From Microgenomates group bacterium (lineage in GTDB: Bacteria; Patescibacteriota; Microgenomatia; UBA12405): a DNA stretch of 64,000 nt. This document shows positions 59,262-64,000 of the stretch, one piece after another. Within the stretch, counting starts at the first letter, position 1. Each line of letters starts with the position of its first letter. The position numbers and the translations under genes are program-made. A model generated the notes under the pieces. That model saw only the letters and a program-made list of their open reading frames with translations. It had not been told where the DNA came from and ran no database searches. Where the stretch lies: assembly GCA_049303675.1 (NCBI GenBank), contig JBAQNJ010000001.1, positions 890,001-954,000 of the forward strand, read 5' to 3'.

Positions 59262-59486
59262 TCAAAGCAGTTTATTTGTCTCCGAATCTATCACCACATC
59301 TAGATATTTTCCTTTGCCATTTTGGGGCAATCTCGAAATAATCGGTCGATTATTTTTTTCTTTATCATCATCACTAGGTTGAATTTCCGGCCCTACAAAT
59401 TGTTCGGGAGTCCACTTTTTTGGATTCCGAGCATAATCCCGTGGGATTTGTTGCTTGATTTTCTTCAACACATCTTCATTTGGCAT
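59262..59486 (-). CDS. hypothetical small protein
   Basis: 74 aa, Lys/Asp-rich. Confidence 0.3.
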   Translation of the reverse strand: MPNEDVLKKIKQQIPRDYARNPKKWTPEQFVGPEIQPSDDDKEKNNRPIISRLPQNGKGKYLDVVIDSETNKLL

Positions 59487-59670
59487 TATTTGTAGTTGGC
59501 AACACTATCAACTTACTTACACCGTTCCCCTTATCTTCTTGCCTTTTCAAGTGTTCTTCATGAGTTAGTTGTGGCTGTGGTTTTTTCTTCTCCGGCTTTC
59601 TCACCTCAACCGGCGCACCAAACATATTTTCTTGTACCAATTTTGCCTTGTCTTGTTGTTCTCCTGCCAT
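59476..59670 (-). CDS. hypothetical small protein
   Basis: 64 aa; overlaps the next ORF by 11 nt. Confidence 0.3.
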   Translation of the reverse strand: MAGEQQDKAKLVQENMFGAPVEVRKPEKKKPQPQLTHEEHLKRQEDKGNGVSKLIVLPTTNNAK

Positions 59671-59707
59671 AATTTATTTTACTCCTCTCTTAGTCTAATT
59701 GACAATT

Positions 59708-59941
59708 TTATCCAAATATTTTTTTCATTAATGATGGAGAACGCAAAATTGGCTCATCATAATTAGTCACCACTTCAATTCTTTTTATACTTTTACTATT
59801 TACCAGTGCCTCCAAACAGCTATCACAGACATTTATCCTAGCCATTCTGTTTGGTCCTGCCGAGAACATCACCCTCTTTGTCGAGGGCTTGTTGCAATGC
59901 AGATACCAGAACAAAAATTTTTCACTTGGTACATCACACAT
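59708..59941 (-). CDS. hypothetical small Cys-containing protein
   Basis: 77 aa; HC...C..C spacing suggests a zinc ribbon; AATTACGAATT-type motif directly upstream. Confidence 0.4.
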   Translation of the reverse strand: MCDVPSEKFLFWYLHCNKPSTKRVMFSAGPNRMARINVCDSCLEALVNSKSIKRIEVVTNYDEPILRSPSLMKKIFG

Positions 59942-59984
59942 ATTTTGTAATTCGTAATTAGTAATTCGTAATTATTTTAATTAA
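59942..59984. promoter_or_regulatory. AATTCGTAATT tandem motif directly upstream of the 59708..59941 start
   Basis: attttgtaattcgtaattagtaattcgtaattattttaattaa. Confidence 0.35.
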
Positions 59985-60079
59985 CCTGCAAATATCGTTT
60001 TGTCCGCCCGAGGCGGCTTATTTTTCTTGTTTTCTCGTGTTGTGGCAGACCCTTGCGGGTCCGCCACTTCTTTACACGA

Positions 60080-60247
60080 TTACGCCTTCGGTTTTTCAAC
60101 AACCGTCTTTACTACGACAGTTGTTGCAGCCGGTTGTCGAGTGACCTTATTAAGAGAAACACCTTCATTTGGTCGAATGTTCTTGCCAGGAACTTTTTGA
60201 GAAACGACAACAAGTTTCTCAGTACCTTTCTGAGGAATCGGAGTCAT
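60080..60247 (-). CDS. hypothetical small protein (below the 60-aa track cutoff)
   Basis: 55-aa ORF MTPIPQKGTEKLVVVSQKVPGK... found by manual translation; starts 2 nt after the stop of 60250..60465, with AAGGTGGA 5 nt upstream; followed by stem-loops at 60040-60066 and 60015-60030. Confidence 0.3.
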   Translation of the reverse strand: MTPIPQKGTEKLVVVSQKVPGKNIRPNEGVSLNKVTRQPAATTVVVKTVVEKPKA

Positions 60248-60249
60248 TT

Positions 60250-60465
60250 CTATCCACCTTGTTGAGTGGGCTGGGGGCGGATGGCGGTTACATCAGCAGT
60301 TGACTTTCCAGCCTTCGGAGTGGCCAGATGGGTCTTCGTCCCAGGGGGAGTTGTTGCAACCCCAGGAACATTGGCCGGCACGCCCGCCTTCAAAAATTCA
60401 TTGAGCGTCATATATTGCGGATGAACATTCACTGGTACTATGGTCTTACCATTCACAGTTGGCAT
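60250..60465 (-). CDS. hypothetical small Pro/Thr/Gly-rich protein
   Basis: 71 aa; similar in style to the downstream 55-aa ORF. Confidence 0.3.
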   Translation of the reverse strand: MPTVNGKTIVPVNVHPQYMTLNEFLKAGVPANVPGVATTPPGTKTHLATPKAGKSTADVTAIRPQPTQQGG

Positions 60466-60870
60466 GATTTTTTACCTTATCCTTTTTTCAATATAGTTTT
60501 TTTTCGACGACGACGGGAAAAAATTATTTTTCCTTCAATAGGGCCTCCTTTTTCTATTTTTCACTTCCAATGAGTGAAATTTAATCAACCCGCCTTAGGC
60601 GGACTAATTAAATTTCACTCAAAAGTGCCTCAGATAAGTTACGAGGCAGTCCGAACGCTTTCGGACAATTAAAATAAAATGGGGGTTTACGATACTTGCA
60701 GGTTGTTAGAGAACCTTCTCTACAACCTCCGCTTCTCAGTTTCCATACCGCAACGGTGTGTCGCGGACTGCTGTTTCGAATTAGGGCTAGAATAGCACAA
60801 CTTATCCAAAAAATCTACACACATATTACTCATATAATTTTAGTAGGAGTTAGATAACAAATTTGCATCC

Positions 60871-61236
60871 CTATCTTGGCAACTTTATTTTGATCACCTG
60901 ATACACATTCAACATTTTATCCAGCATACTAGCTTCTTCAGTTCCCATATTTTGACTTTTTCCAGCGTATTTTTGGGCCAATAAATTTTCGGCACTGGTT
61001 CCCTGTCTCACTTGTATCGAGTGCCCTAGTCTACTCATAATCTCATGATTTACTCCCCCTTGGGACTCGAATGCTGCCAATTCTGCCCGTGTCCCCATCA
61101 CATCAGCCAATAATTCTTTTGGTATCTGTGGGATAATTCCACTTCCAAATTTTTCCAGCTCCCGTCTCCACTTTCTCACCCCTTTTTGATGATGTCTATC
61201 TGGTGCATCCTTAAATCTATTTGCCTGATTGCTCAT
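60871..61236 (-). CDS. hypothetical protein
   Basis: 121 aa; basic N-terminus. Confidence 0.4.
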   Translation of the reverse strand: MSNQANRFKDAPDRHHQKGVRKWRRELEKFGSGIIPQIPKELLADVMGTRAELAAFESQGGVNHEIMSRLGHSIQVRQGTSAENLLAQKYAGKSQNMGTEEASMLDKMLNVYQVIKIKLPR

Positions 61237-61320
61237 AGCCCCATCATATCCTCAATTATTTTTTTATAAATCCCTATCATCTTTTTTTTAAAAGATTTAT
61301 AATTAAAACTCACCTCCTCT

Positions 61321-61350
61321 AATTCCTAATTCTTAATTCCTAATTTTTAA
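61321..61350. promoter_or_regulatory. AATTCCTAATT tandem motif between divergent genes
   Basis: aattcctaattcttaattcctaatttttaatt; a variant of the AATTCGTAATT family. Confidence 0.3.
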
Positions 61351-63540
61351 TTGTATACTTATCCTATGGCTGACTCTGTGTATAAATTAATGGAAATCCG
61401 TCTTCCCCAAGACAATGAAACTACCCTCGAGTCAATGTCTTCACTTTTGGCAAATTTTACCCAAAGTTCTCGACAATCTTTTTGGCACCGTCTTATTGGT
61501 AAAAAGCCAACTATCGCTTCTCTGGAAATCGCTCTCTACGACTCCCAAGTCCACTTTTTAGTCGCCACTCCCACCGATACTGCCGACTTCTTCCGTTCCC
61601 AAATCCTCGCCCAATACCCCTACGCCGTCATCAAAGAACCCGCTGATTACTTGGTCCCCCTTCTTCAAGGGGGAATGCCCGAAGGGCAAGGGGGTTTTGT
61701 CTTTTCTCAATTAGCCCTCGCCCGTCCCTACTCCTATCCCCTCAAAACCGCCAAAGATTTCAAGGATACCGATCCCCTCTCTTCTGTCCTCGCCCCACTC
61801 TCAAGGAGCAACAATCCCGCCGATTTTTTCCTCTACCAAATAATAATTGGCAACGCCCCCCGCAATTGGCAGGGTAGCATTATGTCGATTATCCAAAATG
61901 GAATTTTGGTCGACAAAGAAAAAGGCTTTCGTCAGGCCCATCCTGACAAAATGGTTTTCGAGACCAAAATTCAATTTCCGGGCCTATTAACCCAAATTAA
62001 TTTACTCAGTAACAATCCTAGCCTCATCTCCTCAGTCTCTTCATCGTTTGGAATTTATACCAGTCCTAGGGGCAATTTTGTCCGTGCCATCTCTCCGAGT
62101 TTTTTTACTAAGAAAAAAATTCTTAATTCAATCCTTAACCGAGAAATAAACGTCAACACCCAGGTCCTCAACACCGAAGAAATGTCTGTCCTCTGGCATT
62201 TTCCCAACCAGCTCACCAAGCTACCCAACATCGCTTGGGGCAAAAAACTCTATGCCGACCCTCCCGAAAATCTACCTATTGCCGATGGCGCCACCGACGA
62301 ACAAAAGCAAGCCATCACCTTTTTTGCCAAAGCCGAGTTTCGCAACAAAGATACTATTTTTGGTATCAAGCAGGGCGAAGACCGTCGTCGCCATACCTAC
62401 ATTATCGGAAAATCGGGTACTGGTAAAACTACTCTGATTGCCAACATGGCCATCGATGATATTCGCAAGGGCCGCGGCGTGGCTATTATCGATCCTCACG
62501 GAGACCTCTGCCAGACCATTCTCGACTATATTCCGTCATCTCGGATCAATGATTGCTGTTACTTCAACCCCGCCGACCCCGAATATGTCTATCCCCTCAA
62601 CGTCTTAGAAGCCCAAAATGAATCTCAAAAAGAATTAGTAGCCTCGGGAGTTATCTCCATTTTCAAAAAATTATACGGCAATGTTTCTTGGGGTCCCCGT
62701 CTCGAGCATATCCTCCGTAATGCCGTCCTGACTCTAGTCAACACCCCCGGCTCAGACATGACCCACATTGTTGAAATCCTTACCCACAAAGAATATCGTC
62801 ACAAAGTAATTGCTGGACTCCAAAATCAAACCTTACGCAATTTCTGGGTCAACGAATTTGAGAAAATGGATGACAAATTTCAAAATGAAGCCATCGCCCC
62901 AATTCTCAACAAAGTTGGTCAATTCATCAGTAGTACCAATATTAGGAACACTATCGCCCATCCCCAGTCGAAGGTCAATATTCAGGAAATTATGGATGGC
63001 AAAAAAATCCTCATCGCTGACCTCTCTACCGGCAAATTGGGCGAAGATAATTCGGCACTACTGGGAGCAATGTTGATCACCCAAATTCAATTATCCGCCA
63101 TGAATCGGGTATTTCAGTCCCAAGAGCAGAGATCAGATTTTTATCTCTACGTCGACGAATTTCAAAATTTTGCCACCGAGGCCTTTATCAAAATCCTCTC
63201 CGAAGCCCGCAAATTTAAACTAAATTTGATTATTGCCAATCAATACATGAATCAACTTGATCGGACTATTCAGGATGCCATTTTTGGCAACATTGGTTCT
63301 ATGATGTCCTTTGTCGTGGGCAATCAGGATGCTTTTATCCTCCAAAAAGAATTTGGACCCAAATTTCCTGCTGATGATTTGGTTAAAATCGGCAAATATC
63401 AAATGATTTGCAAGCTCAGTATCGATTCGGAGACTACCCAGCCCTTCTATGCCACTTCCCTGCCGCCCCTCGATTGCAAAAACCAACAACGCGACAAACT
63501 AATCCGTATTTCGCAAGAGAGATGGGGAAAACGAAAATAG
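61351..63540 (+). CDS. VirD4/TraG/TraD-like type IV coupling-protein-family ATPase
   Basis: 729 aa; Walker A IIGKSGTGKTTLIANM, then AIIDPHGDL, Walker B-like FYLYVDEFQNF; the track start is a TTG, and an ATG (MADSVYK) lies at 61366. Confidence 0.65.
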   Translation: MYTYPMADSVYKLMEIRLPQDNETTLESMSSLLANFTQSSRQSFWHRLIGKKPTIASLEIALYDSQVHFLVATPTDTADFFRSQILAQYPYAVIKEPADYLVPLLQGGMPEGQGGFVFSQLALARPYSYPLKTAKDFKDTDPLSSVLAPLSRSNNPADFFLYQIIIGNAPRNWQGSIMSIIQNGILVDKEKGFRQAHPDKMVFETKIQFPGLLTQINLLSNNPSLISSVSSSFGIYTSPRGNFVRAISPSFFTKKKILNSILNREINVNTQVLNTEEMSVLWHFPNQLTKLPNIAWGKKLYADPPENLPIADGATDEQKQAITFFAKAEFRNKDTIFGIKQGEDRRRHTYIIGKSGTGKTTLIANMAIDDIRKGRGVAIIDPHGDLCQTILDYIPSSRINDCCYFNPADPEYVYPLNVLEAQNESQKELVASGVISIFKKLYGNVSWGPRLEHILRNAVLTLVNTPGSDMTHIVEILTHKEYRHKVIAGLQNQTLRNFWVNEFEKMDDKFQNEAIAPILNKVGQFISSTNIRNTIAHPQSKVNIQEIMDGKKILIADLSTGKLGEDNSALLGAMLITQIQLSAMNRVFQSQEQRSDFYLYVDEFQNFATEAFIKILSEARKFKLNLIIANQYMNQLDRTIQDAIFGNIGSMMSFVVGNQDAFILQKEFGPKFPADDLVKIGKYQMICKLSIDSETTQPFYATSLPPLDCKNQQRDKLIRISQERWGKRK

Positions 63541-63576
63541 TGTATAATCTCGTTCATATAATTTCATATTTACACT

Positions 63577-63804
63577 ATGAACAAAAATGGTCCTGTCACC
63601 GAATGGCTACACAAAAACGCCACCACATTACTCACCCGTGAAAATATTATTCTTGGTCGAGTCAGAATATTTAAAGCTCCGGAAGAGGCCAATCTCGGCT
63701 GTGTAGAATGTGCCGCTACTCTGGATGAATGTAAAGGAAAATCGAAAAAAGATGGATTTCAGAAGTGTTTTCGTGCTGATTTAGATACTGACGATTCCAC
63801 ATAG
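63577..63804 (+). CDS. hypothetical small Cys-containing protein
   Basis: 75 aa. Confidence 0.3.
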   Translation: MNKNGPVTEWLHKNATTLLTRENIILGRVRIFKAPEEANLGCVECAATLDECKGKSKKDGFQKCFRADLDTDDST

Positions 63805-63874
63805 GGCAATTAAAGTTTAGTTGCACAAAACTATAAAGACTGCGACAATTAGCTAATATAAATTAAATTAATAA

Positions 63875-64000
63875 ATGAGTAAATTTGATGCTGCCTTAAT
63901 TTATCTTGGTCTAAAAGCTAAACCCACTGGACCTACTACTCCAGCTGTTAACGAAGACGACAAATTTGTCCAACAATTAGCCGAAAAAATGTCAGCACAC
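63875..64000 (+). CDS. hypothetical protein, 5' portion (runs off the window end)
   Basis: ATG at 63875 (MSKFDAALIYLGLKAKP...), open to the end of the window. Confidence 0.3.
   Translation, partial: MSKFDAALIYLGLKAKPTGPTTPAVNEDDKFVQQLAEKMSAH

Noticed and set aside
60000-60265. Plus-strand ORFs 60000..60200 and 60053..60265
   Set aside because: They are antisense to the better-supported coupled minus-strand small ORFs (which have SD-like context) and overlap strong hairpins. They are likely non-coding.

Overview
This 64-kb window is an AT-rich, densely coding stretch of bacterial chromosome. It uses the standard genetic code: TGA serves as a stop at 8392-8394 inside an ATGA stop/start overlap, and the long housekeeping ORFs are intact. 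The gene content is compatible with a small-genome monoderm bacterium, possibly Patescibacteria/CPR-like; this is inference from short ribosomal/translation proteins, an LPXTG anchor, many small hypotheticals, and an rpsB-tsf-frr cluster without pyrH. I call about 95 CDS and three tRNAs: Ala-CGC at 4138-4208, Leu-CAA at 22586-22669, and His-GTG (with encoded G-1) at 26946-27020. I found no rRNA and no CRISPR array. Recognisable housekeeping genes are ligA, pth, a TrmH-family methylase, gyrB-gyrA, a XerC/D-type recombinase, yebC, an RluA-family synthase, dksA, dnaB, hisS, rpmE, an N-terminally truncated RF1, htrA, an S41 protease, rpsF-ssb-rpsR, cysS, recR, ybaB, dnaX, a YbeY-like gene, yqeY, rpsU, rseP, frr, tsf and rpsB. 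Accessory content is a MacAB-type efflux operon, a VapC/Phd toxin-antitoxin pair, and three separate small selfish elements. (1) A DUF559 endonuclease gene bracketed by 39-bp inverted repeats. (2) An IS200/RAYT-like HuH transposase with a REP-like palindrome that recurs 40 kb away. (3) A GIY-YIG nuclease gene sitting inside a 28-bp duplication of the 5' end of tRNA-Leu. The most unusual locus is at 42.2-49.0 kb. It is a five-gene minus-strand cluster of membrane-anchored, secreted proteins carrying cohesin-like modules, dockerin-like Ca-loop repeat pairs, an FN3 module, an LPXTG sorting signal and Cys-rich repeats, with a membrane-anchored clan GH-A glycoside hydrolase transcribed divergently next to it. 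This looks like a cellulosome-like cohesin/dockerin surface assembly. A second region at 52.9-63.5 kb is slightly GC-richer; this is a visual impression, since I could not compute GC. It holds a VanW/SLT/M23 multi-domain cell-wall hydrolase, large proteins of unknown function, a VirD4/TraG-like coupling ATPase and a hairpin-dense non-coding stretch, and may belong to a transfer or secretion module that runs past the window edge. Several short motifs recur: AATTACGAATT heptad repeats upstream of start codons, GGTTCCCC...GGGGAACC nested hairpins, and a CCTG(C/T)CTGCCG(A/G)CAGGCAGG hairpin beside two tRNA loci. All coordinates were counted by hand and may be off by 1-2 nt.
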